From the NCBI GenBank assembly GCA_963933835.1, contig CAWVVV010000004.1:32001-96000 (forward strand): a DNA stretch of 64,000 bases, written 5' to 3'. The notes under the pieces were generated by a model. It was given only the letters and a program-made list of their open reading frames with translations, was not told where the DNA came from and searched no databases. Origin of the DNA: an uncultured Puniceicoccaceae bacterium (lineage in GTDB: Bacteria > Verrucomicrobiota > Verrucomicrobiia > Opitutales > Oceanipulchritudinaceae). Positions 9,200 to 19,364 of this stretch are shown here, piece by piece (within the stretch, counting starts at the first letter, position 1; each line of letters begins with the position of its first letter). A program made the translations under genes and the position numbers.

Positions 9200-11386
9200 T
9201 TAAAAATCGAGAAGGCGCATTCTAAGTCCAAAGGCGACATCATCTTCGCGCTCTGCTCCTTCTCGGAAAGTGACATAGGATTCGAATTCCCAAGTGCGGC
9301 CTAGGCGGTAGCGTACTCCGTAAGTCTGCTCGGTCAGCTCACTAGTGAGGGCGTCAAACCGGATCGCTGCGATGAGGCTGCGGCGCGTATCGAGATGATA
9401 GACAACTTGCGATTGATACTGGTCGTAGCGGTCGTCAAGGAAATCAACAGCAAAGCCGAGTTCCCACTTTTCGCCGCTCGTGATCTGCATGCGTAGACGC
9501 ATTTCGTTGTCGTCGTTATCCGTGAAGTCGAATCGACGATCTACGCTGAGTTCGAGCCACGAGGCGGGTTTGGCTGTCAGTTCAAAGTAGGCGCTAGAGA
9601 AGGTCCGTTTTTGATCAGCATCGTAGGATGTATCATAAAAAATACCGACGTTGCCGAGTGTGCGACGGGTGCCGTCGTCCTTCCGCGCGATAAATGTATT
9701 ATGAAATCCACTACGCAGAGCATAGGTGTGGTTATCTAGGTTTGGACGGTCGCGACGAGTGATGAGGTCGAAGTCCGTGCGTGTGGCGGTGAAGGTGGGG
9801 AAGATCTCGCTCAGGGCTGAGTCTCCTGTGGCTCGGATATAGCGCCCTTGGATAACGGGCTCCAAGATGTGACGCAGTCCAGTCATGTTCCAAGCTTTGC
9901 TCGAGAGAGCGAAGTCTGCGCTGAGCAAGGCACGGGCATCGAAGCCGATCGCAAGGCGCGTCCCCGATGTATCAACATTTTTACTCGATGGGCCTTCTGT
10001 CTCGAAGGCATAGCCGTGGCCGGTGACCTCTGCGAGGGGAGTTATTTGAAAACCCGTTCCGAACTTGATCGGGTAGCGCAGGGAGTAGTCCACTTCGACA
10101 AGAGTACTCCAACTCGTCGGGCCACTGGTGCGGAGGTCGATCGCTTTGGGCCAGAAGGGGATGAGGGGTTGTGTAACTGGCGAGCTGCCATTTACACGCA
10201 GTCGAAGAAAACGCGCTTTGAAGGCGTGAAGGAGGTCTGTTTTCCCGATCGGGTTGAGCGGCATCTGGAAGATGATCTCTGGCTGGCGTTCCACATTGCG
10301 GAAGAAATCGTTCGGATTGTTCTCAACAATTAAGGAGAGAAAGAGATCGTCACCGATGAGCTGATTGACTTCGAGGAAGGAGTCGGAGTGCGGCCGCTCG
10401 TAATAACGGTCGCTGCGGAAATCTCGTTCGACTTCAGAGTCGCTGAGCTTGCTCGTGCGCAGGACGATTTCGAGGTCATCAATCTTATGCACGAAATCGA
10501 CTTCAGCGTAGTAGCGGTGCTGAGGAATGGCGTCTCCTAGAAGGTCGAGCCCTCGGACGCCGGTATCCAGTAGATTACCGCTTGAATCAAAGGTAGCGCT
10601 CTCGCCTTGGTCGGCAATCCAGCCAGCCGAGATTGAAAGCTCTGTCGTAGCTCCACCGGAGGTGCGATCGAGTTCGATCTTAGGGCCAATGAGGACGCCG
10701 CGACGGGTGTAGAGCCCGAGATTTGCGCCCAAACGAAGGGTGTCACTTGGGAGGAGGACATCACCTTCGATGTATGCGCCAAGACTTGAACGGTAGCCGG
10801 CTGTCCCGCCAGCGTTGTGCGCTCTTGCAGCGAGGGGGCGCTCGAAGCTCGGCAGTGGAATCTTTGGGAGGAACGGGATTTTAAGCCCAACCCCTTTGCC
10901 CGAAATGCTTTCCTCTGGGACGACGGTGGCGTTGTCAATGACGAGAGATGGAGCCCCTTTAGAGGGTTCTAGATAGTAGAGACGGATTTGCTCTAGGGAG
11001 AGCTCGTCGAGGGTTCCGCCGAATGAAAGGCCTTCGATAAACAGTGGAGGGACGCCTGCCCGAAAGGCCTTCGAGCTGAACTGCTCACTTTTGATATTGT
11101 AAGTAATGAACTCCGAAACGACACGCAGGCCGTGCCGCGTAACCCGCACATTGCCGGTGCCGGTGATTTCCGACGATTTCCGGTTGAAGCGAATTTCTTC
11201 GGCCTCGATCACGACATCTTCATGCTCAAAGCGCGCATTGCCGGCCGCGATGAGTTCGCCCGTTCCCAGATCGGCGCTGATCGGGTCGTTGGAGCTGAGC
11301 TGAGGTTGAGGCTGGGCAAAAAGACTGAGGCTCAGGAGCAAGCCCAAGGTGATGAGCCATCGACGCAGTGTGGTAGGGTTGAGCAT
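9200..11386 (-). CDS. lptD: LPS-assembly outer membrane protein LptD
   Basis: Signal peptide, OstA-like jellyroll N-terminus (GNARF..IEAEEIRFN..ITGTGNV), beta-barrel ending in Phe, RHILEP motif. Confidence 0.8.
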   Translation of the reverse strand: MLNPTTLRRWLITLGLLLSLSLFAQPQPQLSSNDPISADLGTGELIAAGNARFEHEDVVIEAEEIRFNRKSSEITGTGNVRVTRHGLRVVSEFITYNIKSEQFSSKAFRAGVPPLFIEGLSFGGTLDELSLEQIRLYYLEPSKGAPSLVIDNATVVPEESISGKGVGLKIPFLPKIPLPSFERPLAARAHNAGGTAGYRSSLGAYIEGDVLLPSDTLRLGANLGLYTRRGVLIGPKIELDRTSGGATTELSISAGWIADQGESATFDSSGNLLDTGVRGLDLLGDAIPQHRYYAEVDFVHKIDDLEIVLRTSKLSDSEVERDFRSDRYYERPHSDSFLEVNQLIGDDLFLSLIVENNPNDFFRNVERQPEIIFQMPLNPIGKTDLLHAFKARFLRLRVNGSSPVTQPLIPFWPKAIDLRTSGPTSWSTLVEVDYSLRYPIKFGTGFQITPLAEVTGHGYAFETEGPSSKNVDTSGTRLAIGFDARALLSADFALSSKAWNMTGLRHILEPVIQGRYIRATGDSALSEIFPTFTATRTDFDLITRRDRPNLDNHTYALRSGFHNTFIARKDDGTRRTLGNVGIFYDTSYDADQKRTFSSAYFELTAKPASWLELSVDRRFDFTDNDDNEMRLRMQITSGEKWELGFAVDFLDDRYDQYQSQVVYHLDTRRSLIAAIRFDALTSELTEQTYGVRYRLGRTWEFESYVTFREGAEREDDVAFGLRMRLLDF

Positions 11387-11530
11387 GGATTAGGTCACTT
11401 ATGCCTCTGCGCCAGTGGGACGCTCAAGAGCAATCTTGTTGGAGAGAGCCTTCGTCTGGGTGGCGGCTTGATCGAGAGAGGATTCTTCGAGATCACTTGG
11501 CAGTCAAATATAGACCTCTTGCGAAGTCAC

Positions 11531-12598
11531 TCACTCTTCCAGAATTCCTCGATAGACGGCATTCAAGGCGCTGGCTTCGCGTGCGGCGGTGTATTCGGCC
11601 ATCACCTTTGTGTGTGCATTAGATCCTATTTGCGCAAGAGCCTCAGGTCCTTTGTCGAGGGCAGTCCGGATGGCAGTAGCCATGGTGGATGAGTCCTCAC
11701 AAGGAATGAGGAATCCGTCCACCCCTTCCTCGATGATCATTTCCCAAGCACCTGCTCGTGTTGCCACGACGGGAACGCCGCTGGACATCGCTTCCAGGCA
11801 GGTAAGACCAAAGCCCTCGTTGTGGGAGGCGCATACGGCGAGCGACATGCGGCTGAACCAGGTGGGGATTTCCTCGAATGGTAACTTGCCTAGCCAGCAA
11901 AAGCGCGACTCCAGCCCACGGAGCCGGACCAGTTCCTTAAGCTCTGCCACGAATGATCGATACTTGGGCGTGGTATGGCCGATGATGACGGCCGTGTGGT
12001 CCGGGTAATCTGGCAATACCTGGATCAAAGCCTCGACGAATTCGCGCAAGCCCTTTTGCGGGCGCACTCGGCCGAAGATTCCGATGCCGTATTTTCCGGG
12101 CAAGCCGCCTTCCTTCCATTCGCTGGCTCGATCGGGCGCTGGCTGGTAGGCCTCCGTATCAATCCCATGCGGAATAATCGCATCCGGCTTGCGAAGCAGG
12201 AATGAGGCTGCTCTTGGGGAGGTGGATAGAAGTGAATCCATCTTTCGGTAAAGGAATCGGGTCCAGCGGCTGTGTTTTCGTTGCGCGGTTGAAGTGAAGA
12301 TCAAGTGCAGGCGGCAGCGAAAAACCCACTTCAGGATCAATCCGGCCAGCATTTCGTTATTTCGTCGGGCATGAAATATCCGATCCTTCCCATTTGGGAG
12401 GGCGTTTTGGCACAGGCGAATGACCTGCCCCCAGGAAAGGTGGGGTAGATCGCCGGGCAATGGATGCCCGCAGGTGGCGATGCCCAATTTCTCAGCCTGC
12501 CGGGGGATGACCTGGACCACCGTCGAGGTGATGCCAGAAAACCGGCGGTTCATATTGGGGATGATAACCTGAGTATCGGACGTGTGTTGCGCTCTCAA
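11531..12598 (-). CDS. GT4 glycosyltransferase, LpcC/LpsB-like
   Basis: PNMNRRFSGITST, FTSTAQRKH, FGRVRPQKG, EGFGLTCLEAMSSG. Start uncertain. Confidence 0.85.
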   Translation of the reverse strand: MRAQHTSDTQVIIPNMNRRFSGITSTVVQVIPRQAEKLGIATCGHPLPGDLPHLSWGQVIRLCQNALPNGKDRIFHARRNNEMLAGLILKWVFRCRLHLIFTSTAQRKHSRWTRFLYRKMDSLLSTSPRAASFLLRKPDAIIPHGIDTEAYQPAPDRASEWKEGGLPGKYGIGIFGRVRPQKGLREFVEALIQVLPDYPDHTAVIIGHTTPKYRSFVAELKELVRLRGLESRFCWLGKLPFEEIPTWFSRMSLAVCASHNEGFGLTCLEAMSSGVPVVATRAGAWEMIIEEGVDGFLIPCEDSSTMATAIRTALDKGPEALAQIGSNAHTKVMAEYTAAREASALNAVYRGILEE

Positions 12599-12710
12599 AC
12601 TGGTGTCTCACCGTGTGAAAGGAGTGGTCGTTAGCAAATGCTTTCTCCCAATCTTCGCTTTTGTTGGGCCTATCGCATCTCAGGGTGCCTAGGGATTTCC
12701 CCAGGTTCTA

Positions 12711-13838
12711 TCAGACGCGCTCCGAAGAGGAACCGAGATCTAGGATAGATCGATAAACAGCCTCTGTCTTATGGGCCATTGTTTCGGTGTTGAATCGATC
12801 AAGTTGCGCGTAGGCGTTTTCGGTCAGTCGTTGGTCCAAGCCTGGGTCATCCAAGATTTGTGTGATGTGCTCCGAAAGCGCTTTTGCATCGCCGATCGGA
12901 GCAAGCATTCCAGTGCTCTTATGGGTGATTAATTCAGGGATGCCGCCTGCATAGGTTGATACAATTGGGACGCGGCAGGCCATGGCATCGATAAGGCTTG
13001 ATCCCAGCCCTTCTGTTTTGGAGGGCATAAGAAATATATCCAGTTCCGGTAGAATGTCCGGAATGTCGGTTCGGTAACCCGTCAGGAAAACACTCTGAGC
13101 CAGGTTTTCGGTTTGTATACGCTCCTCTATGTGGGCGCGTTTTTCTCCTTCGCCGATAATTACGAATACGATGTCTGATCGGGATTTAGTCAGATGCGCT
13201 GCGATATCGAGAAAGGTGTCGTAGTCTTTTTCGTCGGAGATGGCGGATGTATTTCCGATGATTCGTATAGGTGCCGGGATCCCCAGTTCCTGATGGAGTT
13301 TTCCGGTGGCTTGTTTGCCGGAGAATCGATTCGTATCCACTCCATCGTGGATGACGGATAGTTTTTGGAGGTCTTGTATCGAGGGCGCTAGTACGTCACG
13401 TATCGCATTAGATACACATATAATCTTATTTATGTAGGGGCTGTTGTATTTAGAACGAGAAATGAAGTTATCTTTGATTGGAAAATCAACCCGTCGACTA
13501 AGGACTAATGGAATCCTTAATCTCAGAAACTTGCAGGCAAGTAGTGCTGCAGAGTGTGCATGTGAATCATGTAGGTGTATGATGTCGGCGGACAGTTCTT
13601 GGGCCACTGATTTTAGGCTGCGTGCATAGGATAAGCGTAGGCCAGATGCCTTTTGAGCGGTGGCGTACGGTATTTCAAGTTCCTGGCAGTGATGCTCCAT
13701 CTTGGAGCTTATAGGGCAGAGGATCTTTTGTGGATGCCCCTTGGCTAGTAGAGCGCTCGCTAAGTAGGCGATCTGTTGCTCTCCCCCTCGCCAGCTGAGC
13801 GGCGTGGATGCATGTAATATCCTGATTTTTGAATTCAT
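12711..13838 (-). CDS. GT4 glycosyltransferase
   Basis: WRGGEQQ, SRRVDF, EGLGSSLIDAMA, GGIPE. Confidence 0.9.
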   Translation of the reverse strand: MNSKIRILHASTPLSWRGGEQQIAYLASALLAKGHPQKILCPISSKMEHHCQELEIPYATAQKASGLRLSYARSLKSVAQELSADIIHLHDSHAHSAALLACKFLRLRIPLVLSRRVDFPIKDNFISRSKYNSPYINKIICVSNAIRDVLAPSIQDLQKLSVIHDGVDTNRFSGKQATGKLHQELGIPAPIRIIGNTSAISDEKDYDTFLDIAAHLTKSRSDIVFVIIGEGEKRAHIEERIQTENLAQSVFLTGYRTDIPDILPELDIFLMPSKTEGLGSSLIDAMACRVPIVSTYAGGIPELITHKSTGMLAPIGDAKALSEHITQILDDPGLDQRLTENAYAQLDRFNTETMAHKTEAVYRSILDLGSSSERV

Positions 13839-13901
13839 GGGAGACTTAGGACATCGCGAAGTTTTTTCTCATCGTTGAAGGTCACGCTACATGCAGAGAG
13901 C

Positions 13902-14873
13902 TTAAATTTCATTTGAGCGCGGTGACGCATGGTTCATCAGTTGATCGATCACTTCAGGCAAGTGAGTTCTGAACGTGGAATTGTTGGACTCAAACCACGC
14001 TCGAGAAGCTTTTCCAATTGTTTGTTTTGCTTCGGTTGGAAGCCCGATGATTTCTTCGATGCTCGCTTCGAGCTGATCTTCGCTGACGTGAAAGTTTGTG
14101 CCGAGGTGTCGCGCTTCGCTGGAGTCATAAGGAACGGTGTATCCTCGCCCGTGGATAACCAGTTCGTTCATCGGTGGCGCGTCTGTCGTGAGGGTCAGAG
14201 CGCTGCAGCTCATTGCTTCGACGATATAGTGCCCCCATCCCTCCGAGAGGGAAGGGCAGAGATGGACGCCGTGTTCGTTGAGCAGCTGTTGTAGTTGTTC
14301 ATTCGATACGTAGTCGGCGATGTGGTTTACGTTTTTCGGTATGTTTTTCGGAGCGTTCTCCCTGCATTGCAAGAGAGTGAGGGTTGGCCATTCTGGATGC
14401 CTCTTCCAGACTGAGAGGAGGGCGTCGGTGCCCTTCAGTGTGCTGCGGCCTGCAAGGTGGAAGAATTTTTCGTAGTTTGCCGCGATATCGGGAAGGGATC
14501 TGTCAGTGGAGGTGAATCCGATATAATTTGATTTCTGAAACGCATTGAAGATCGATTCAGCGTGTCGGCTTTTGCAGAGGACATGCTCGATTTTTTTCAG
14601 CCGAGCAATGTGGCGCTTTGGGTAGCGTTCTTGATTGGGAATCAGCATGTTGATTCTGGCGGAGCCGAACCAGCGGGGAAAGATGCGTTCTAGAAAGATA
14701 TTGGCATCAAAGCGGGGCTTAGAGATCAGCCATCGGTCAAAGGGATTGATTTCACGGCAATGGCTCACCGTCACGTCATGCCCAGCGCATGACAGCACAT
14801 CCCGGAGAATGTCGACGTCCTGATCGAGACCCACTCCGTTTGTCCGCGCGATGATGTTGATGTGGTAGCTAAT
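13902..14873 (-). CDS. GT-B glycosyltransferase (GT4-like); canonical start apparently missing
   Basis: FFHLAGRSTLKGT and EGWGHYIVEAMS motifs. The N-terminal strand HINIIARTNGVGLD extends upstream of the GTG at 14834 and is preceded only by ATT (14871-14873). Confidence 0.8.
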   Translation of the reverse strand: MSYHINIIARTNGVGLDQDVDILRDVLSCAGHDVTVSHCREINPFDRWLISKPRFDANIFLERIFPRWFGSARINMLIPNQERYPKRHIARLKKIEHVLCKSRHAESIFNAFQKSNYIGFTSTDRSLPDIAANYEKFFHLAGRSTLKGTDALLSVWKRHPEWPTLTLLQCRENAPKNIPKNVNHIADYVSNEQLQQLLNEHGVHLCPSLSEGWGHYIVEAMSCSALTLTTDAPPMNELVIHGRGYTVPYDSSEARHLGTNFHVSEDQLEASIEEIIGLPTEAKQTIGKASRAWFESNNSTFRTHLPEVIDQLMNHASPRSNEI

Positions 14874-15242
14874 AGCAGTGGAAGTAGGGGTGAAGGCACT
14901 GTCTTGAGTCTGTTTCCAAGTGATCTTAAGAATGCATATGATATAGAGGTGATCGAAGAGATAGCGTTAAAGACAATTCTGGTGGTTCTTTCTAGGGCTC
15001 CCTGCTTTCCAGGGTTAGACCCCTCGTGATGGGCCGTTCTCTACTTCCAATCAAGCGGCTGGGAATGGGGTATTGTGGGAGGATGATTCAATTTGGCTTG
15101 TGATCGACTCTAAGAGCTGCCCTTGGTTAGGGTATTCTAAACAATCACTTTGATTTCAAAGACTGCTTCCAGTTTAGAAAATATTTCGACCCCGCCTTGA
15201 ATTCTCAGTTTACGCAAAGAGAAGAACGCTTGATCTTTTAGG

Positions 15243-16067
15243 ATGACGACACGTCGCGAACTTTTGGATACATTTGAGGCTGACTATAAGACGCCTGCTC
15301 TATGTCGCACGATCGGCTCAAGGATCTTCCCGACGATGGCATTTTATGCACGGGTATGGGGTGTTGTCCTTCGAGAGTCGGAGCGGGCGAGGGGAGGCCA
15401 TTTTGGACATCCGGCATGGCGGGATGCGGCCCATGCGGTTTCACGGGCATTTGAGCTCGGAGGTGTGCCGATCTGCTTTGAAAACCTAGATGTGCTCGGG
15501 CGATTTGATGAGCCTTGCGTGATTATCGGTAACCACATGAGCACGGCGGAGACGTTTATTTTGACCCGTTGGTTACTTCGGTATCGCCCTGTCACCTATG
15601 TCGTAAAGCAGGGGTTGGTCGAGTATCCGGTTTTTAAGCACATTATGCGGGCCTGTAATCCGATTGTCGTCGGGCGGAAAGATCCACGCCAGGATCTCAG
15701 AACAGTGATGGGCGAGGGCATGGAGCACCTAAAAAAGGGCACCTCCGTGATCATCTTTCCCCAGAAGACACGCGCATCGGAGTTTATCCCTGAAGAATTC
15801 AACTCCATCGGTGTCAAACTAGCCAATCGCGCCGGCGTCCCCGTTCTTCCGCTCGCGCTCAAGACCGATGCTTGGAGCAACGGTAAACGCCTGAAAGAAT
15901 TTGGTCCGTTCTATAATGACCGCCCAGTTCACCTCGCCCTCGGCGAGCCGATGCCCGTAACCGGCAACGGCAAAGAGCAGAACGACGCCATTGTCAGCTT
16001 CATCCAAGAGAAGTTAGCCAGCTGGGAAAAATGGGATGCGCAGTGGAAAGAAGCGCGGGGAGTCTAG
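15243..16067 (+). CDS. 1-acyl-sn-glycerol-3-phosphate acyltransferase (PlsC family)
   Basis: NHMSTAE (variant of NHxxxxD) and IFPQKTR (FPEGTR-like). Confidence 0.85.
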   Translation: MTTRRELLDTFEADYKTPALCRTIGSRIFPTMAFYARVWGVVLRESERARGGHFGHPAWRDAAHAVSRAFELGGVPICFENLDVLGRFDEPCVIIGNHMSTAETFILTRWLLRYRPVTYVVKQGLVEYPVFKHIMRACNPIVVGRKDPRQDLRTVMGEGMEHLKKGTSVIIFPQKTRASEFIPEEFNSIGVKLANRAGVPVLPLALKTDAWSNGKRLKEFGPFYNDRPVHLALGEPMPVTGNGKEQNDAIVSFIQEKLASWEKWDAQWKEARGV

Positions 16068-16244
16068 GACGTTTTGAAGCAATTTTGAGAGACGGAGAAT
16101 CCTGAAGGGTATTTTCAAACTATCGATATTTATTTTAAACGTTTGACCCCTTTCCTTCTCCCTTTCCTTCCTTCGTAATGTTTAAGATTACGTATCGTTG
16201 CCAACGGTTTGGTTGAACGAAGATTACGAGTCGAACAGGGCGGG

Positions 16245-16321
16245 TGGAGGGTCCGGCTCCTGTCGGACCGCAAGGCGGTTACCCTGAGTCACAGGCGAAC
16301 GGGCGGGAGCCCATCCCTCCA
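16245..16321. repeat. REP/REPIN-like imperfect inverted repeat
   Basis: TGGAGGGtccGGCTCCtg ... cgGGAGCCcatCCCTCCA arms lie between two convergent genes. Confidence 0.6.
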
Positions 16322-16392
16322 AAACGCGGTATTAGCAAGTTCAGTCTCCGCAACGAAGGGTGTGAGGGACCCGCTTCCGCGGATTGTGGGGA

Positions 16393-17232
16393 CTACTTTT
16401 CCTTCGCTCGCTCGATTTGGCGGACGAAAACGGTCGGGCTCCACATTGAACCGGGGAGGCGGTAGATGATTTTGCCGGTCGGGTCGACGAGGGCGGTCGA
16501 CATGGTGTGTTTGACGATGAGCTTCTCATCTTCTTCGGCGAGGATGCCCATTTGCTTCTTCAAGGCTTGAACGACTTCCTTAGGGCCCCCGAGGAGGGAG
16601 TGGATCGAGGTGTCGATGCCACGCGACTCAGCATAACTCGTCCAAATCCCGGGCGTATCGTAGGCTGGGTCGAGGGTGACGGAGACCAGTTTAACGTCGT
16701 CCCAGCCGCGTGTTTTGATCGTCTCGCTGAGTTGAAGCATGCGCTGCGTCGAGGCAGGGCACATATTTGGCATCGTGCAGCGGGTGAAAACAAAGTTCAA
16801 AACGTAGTATTGGCCACGGAGGGATTCGCTTTCGAAGAGCTCTCCATTTTCTTTCCAGAGGGCAAAGCGGGGCACGCGGTCGCCGACCGAGCGGAAGACC
16901 TTCCGCCCGAGGCGATGATTTTCGCTGATGAGCTGGCGGCCGAGAACGTCGAGCTTCGCGAGCGCAATGGGGTTGTTGGGGAAAATCTTTTCGAGCCGAT
17001 AGCTCTCACCTTGGCGAACGAGCTCTCCGCGGACTTCGCGGCCAGGCTGCGCGATCGCGATGTCGCCGGGTCCTGCTGAAACGGTTTTGAGGGGGCCGTT
17101 GCCTTTGAGCTCAATTTCGAGCTGAAATTGTTCCGAATCGACCCCTTTGATCGTGGCCTCGATCGGTTTGCCGCTGAGAAAAAGTGGGACGAAGAGCGCT
17201 AGAATTCCACAGAGCGGAATGCCTAAGCGCAT
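16393..17232 (-). CDS. SCO family copper chaperone with an extra N-terminal beta domain
   Basis: FVFTRCTMPNMCP, SVTLDPAYDTP and the conserved His in KHTMST. Signal peptide from ATG 17232. Divergent from the cox operon. Confidence 0.9.
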   Translation of the reverse strand: MRLGIPLCGILALFVPLFLSGKPIEATIKGVDSEQFQLEIELKGNGPLKTVSAGPGDIAIAQPGREVRGELVRQGESYRLEKIFPNNPIALAKLDVLGRQLISENHRLGRKVFRSVGDRVPRFALWKENGELFESESLRGQYYVLNFVFTRCTMPNMCPASTQRMLQLSETIKTRGWDDVKLVSVTLDPAYDTPGIWTSYAESRGIDTSIHSLLGGPKEVVQALKKQMGILAEEDEKLIVKHTMSTALVDPTGKIIYRLPGSMWSPTVFVRQIERAKEK

Positions 17233-17248
17233 TGAAAGCGAGCGACTT

Positions 17249-17287
17249 AGCTTATTCGTATAAGCTGTTCTTATTGGTTTATCTAAT
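17249..17287. promoter_or_regulatory. Putative LysR-type (T-N11-A) operator in the sco/ctaA divergent promoter
   Basis: ATAAG-ctgtt-CTTAT (17260-17274), ATTGG-tttat-CTAAT (17273-17287) and the palindrome AGCTTAT-tcgt-ATAAGCT (17249-17266). Confidence 0.5.
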
Positions 17288-17393
17288 GTCATAATCTGGC
17301 CTGCTAATGGGTGCTTCTGCCCTCTAGAAAGTTGTCATATAAGAGGCCATTCCGAACCGTATTTATTCCGCGTCAAGTCCTCGCGGAGCTATT

Positions 17394-18425
17394 TTGCTCA
17401 TGTTCGTTCGGTTTTGTAAAAGAGACTCTACTCACCAGTCTATAATGGCGAGTTATGCATTCCTCGTTTTTGCGGCTTCACTCGTTGTCGTCTACGCGGG
17501 TGGTTTTACGACGACGATTGGTGCCGGCATGGTCTTCCTCGACTGGCCTTTGTCAAATGGCTCACTCAATCCGCCGGGCTGGGTATCCGACGAAGGTATG
17601 CTTGCTGAGCACAGCCACCGCCTGACCGGTATGGTTACTGGACTTCTTACAATTGGTCTCGTTATCGGGATGTATCTTTTCGAGAGCCGCGCTTGGCTCC
17701 GACGCTTGAGTTATATTTGCCTTGGGCTCGTCGTAGCTCAGGGCCTTTTAGGCGGGATGCGGGTGCTCCTCGACAGCACGCCACTGGCAAATATCCACGG
17801 TGTGTTCGCCCAGCTCTACGTTTGTTCGCTGGCGGCGGTCGTCGTCGGCACATCGGGTTGGTGGCGTGAATTGCCGGTTGATCTGCCTGCGAAGGAGGGT
17901 GCCTCTTGGACGTTTGAACGCCGCTTGGGAGTCGCGCTGACGCTTCTTATTGTCGCTCAACTGGTGGTCGGCTCGATCATGCGGCATCAGGGCGCTGGAA
18001 TGGCGATTCCCTATTTCCCTCACAGTACTTCGTCGGGCGCATGGTTGCCGGCAGCATGGAACTGGGGCGTTATAGTTCACTTTTTGCACCGCGTCGGGGC
18101 GCTCCTGATCACAGGAGCCTTTGTGTTCTGGTCTTGGAGAGTCTGGACCTCGAAGACCGCCACGACTGCGATGAAGCGGATGACCTTTCTCGCCACTTTT
18201 TTCCTGATTCTTCAAATTTTATTGGGGGCAAATATCATCTGGTCCATCCGTCAGCCGTTTGAAACGACGATGCATGTGCTTAATGGGGTTCTTTTTCTTT
18301 GCTCTGTGTGGTCGGTGGTGTTCGCTTATTTCCGACCGCTCTTAGAAGGATCCGAACGGTCGGCGGCGCGTGTCCCGAATAAGGACGGTGTTAACGACAA
18401 TTCCAGCGTCGCCCAAGGGGCTTAG
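17394..18425 (+). CDS. ctaA: Heme A synthase (COX15/CtaA)
   Basis: GAGMVFLDWP, EHSHRL, QGLLGG, HFLHRVGA; about 8 TM helices. Start uncertain. Confidence 0.9.
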   Translation: MLMFVRFCKRDSTHQSIMASYAFLVFAASLVVVYAGGFTTTIGAGMVFLDWPLSNGSLNPPGWVSDEGMLAEHSHRLTGMVTGLLTIGLVIGMYLFESRAWLRRLSYICLGLVVAQGLLGGMRVLLDSTPLANIHGVFAQLYVCSLAAVVVGTSGWWRELPVDLPAKEGASWTFERRLGVALTLLIVAQLVVGSIMRHQGAGMAIPYFPHSTSSGAWLPAAWNWGVIVHFLHRVGALLITGAFVFWSWRVWTSKTATTAMKRMTFLATFFLILQILLGANIIWSIRQPFETTMHVLNGVLFLCSVWSVVFAYFRPLLEGSERSAARVPNKDGVNDNSSVAQGA

Positions 18426-18443
18426 TCTTTTACTGCTTTTGTT

Positions 18444-19352
18444 ATGTCTTCAACTACTGCGACAACTTTGAATCCTTCGGGTGCTATCGCCGCGACGAGG
18501 CTCTCTGATTATTGGGAGCTTACGAAGCCGCGTCTCAGCCTGATGAATGTTGTGACGGCAGCGCTCGGTTATTTTGCGGCGGGCCCTGAAGTATCACTCT
18601 CAGTCTTCGGCGCCCTCCTTGGTGGCACTGCAATGGCGGCCTTTGGCGCCGGTGCTTTGAATATGTGGTGGGAGCGCGATGCGGATGCGAAAATGGAACG
18701 CACTGCGGGCCGCCCGATCCCTTCCGGCCGAGTCACGCCGGGCGCGGCCCTTGTTTTTGGACTGGCTTTGAGCTTCGGTGGGGTAGGATTGCTCGCCTTC
18801 GGCGTTAACCTCATTGCCTCAGTTCTGACTGCGACGACGGTTCTCCTCTACATTTTGGCCTACACCCCTTTGAAGCGGGTCACCCCTTGGGCGACGGAGC
18901 TCGGCTCGGTCCCTGGTGCCTTACCCCCGCTGATTGGTTGGGTTGCAGCAGGTGCGGGATTCAGCGGTCTAGGCTGGGTCTTGTTTGCCTTCCTCTTCGC
19001 GTGGCAGATCCCGCATTTCATGGCGATCTCATGGATGTCGAAAGACGACTATGCACGCGGCGGCTTTGCGACCTTGAGCACAATTGATAAGACCGGTCTT
19101 CGGGTCGCCCGAAAGTCTCTTATCTGGACGGTTCTGATGATTGGAATCAGTTTCATGCCGCTCTATTATGGTGGGTTCGGATACCTCTTCATAATCGCTA
19201 CGTCTTTACTTGCTCTGTATATGTTGAAATCTGCTTGGGAGTTTCTCGTCGGGCAAGATCGTCACGTTGCGGGGCGTCGTCTCTTTTTTGCGACGATCGC
19301 TTACCTTCCTGCCTACCTTATGGTCCTCGTTGTTGATCGTTTTGTAATTTGA
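18444..19352 (+). CDS. ctaB: Protoheme IX farnesyltransferase (heme O synthase)
   Basis: LTKPR, ERDADAKMERTAGRPIPSG, YTPLKR, WQIPHF. Confidence 0.95.
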   Translation: MSSTTATTLNPSGAIAATRLSDYWELTKPRLSLMNVVTAALGYFAAGPEVSLSVFGALLGGTAMAAFGAGALNMWWERDADAKMERTAGRPIPSGRVTPGAALVFGLALSFGGVGLLAFGVNLIASVLTATTVLLYILAYTPLKRVTPWATELGSVPGALPPLIGWVAAGAGFSGLGWVLFAFLFAWQIPHFMAISWMSKDDYARGGFATLSTIDKTGLRVARKSLIWTVLMIGISFMPLYYGGFGYLFIIATSLLALYMLKSAWEFLVGQDRHVAGRRLFFATIAYLPAYLMVLVVDRFVI

Positions 19353-19364
19353 TTTTTCTTTGTA

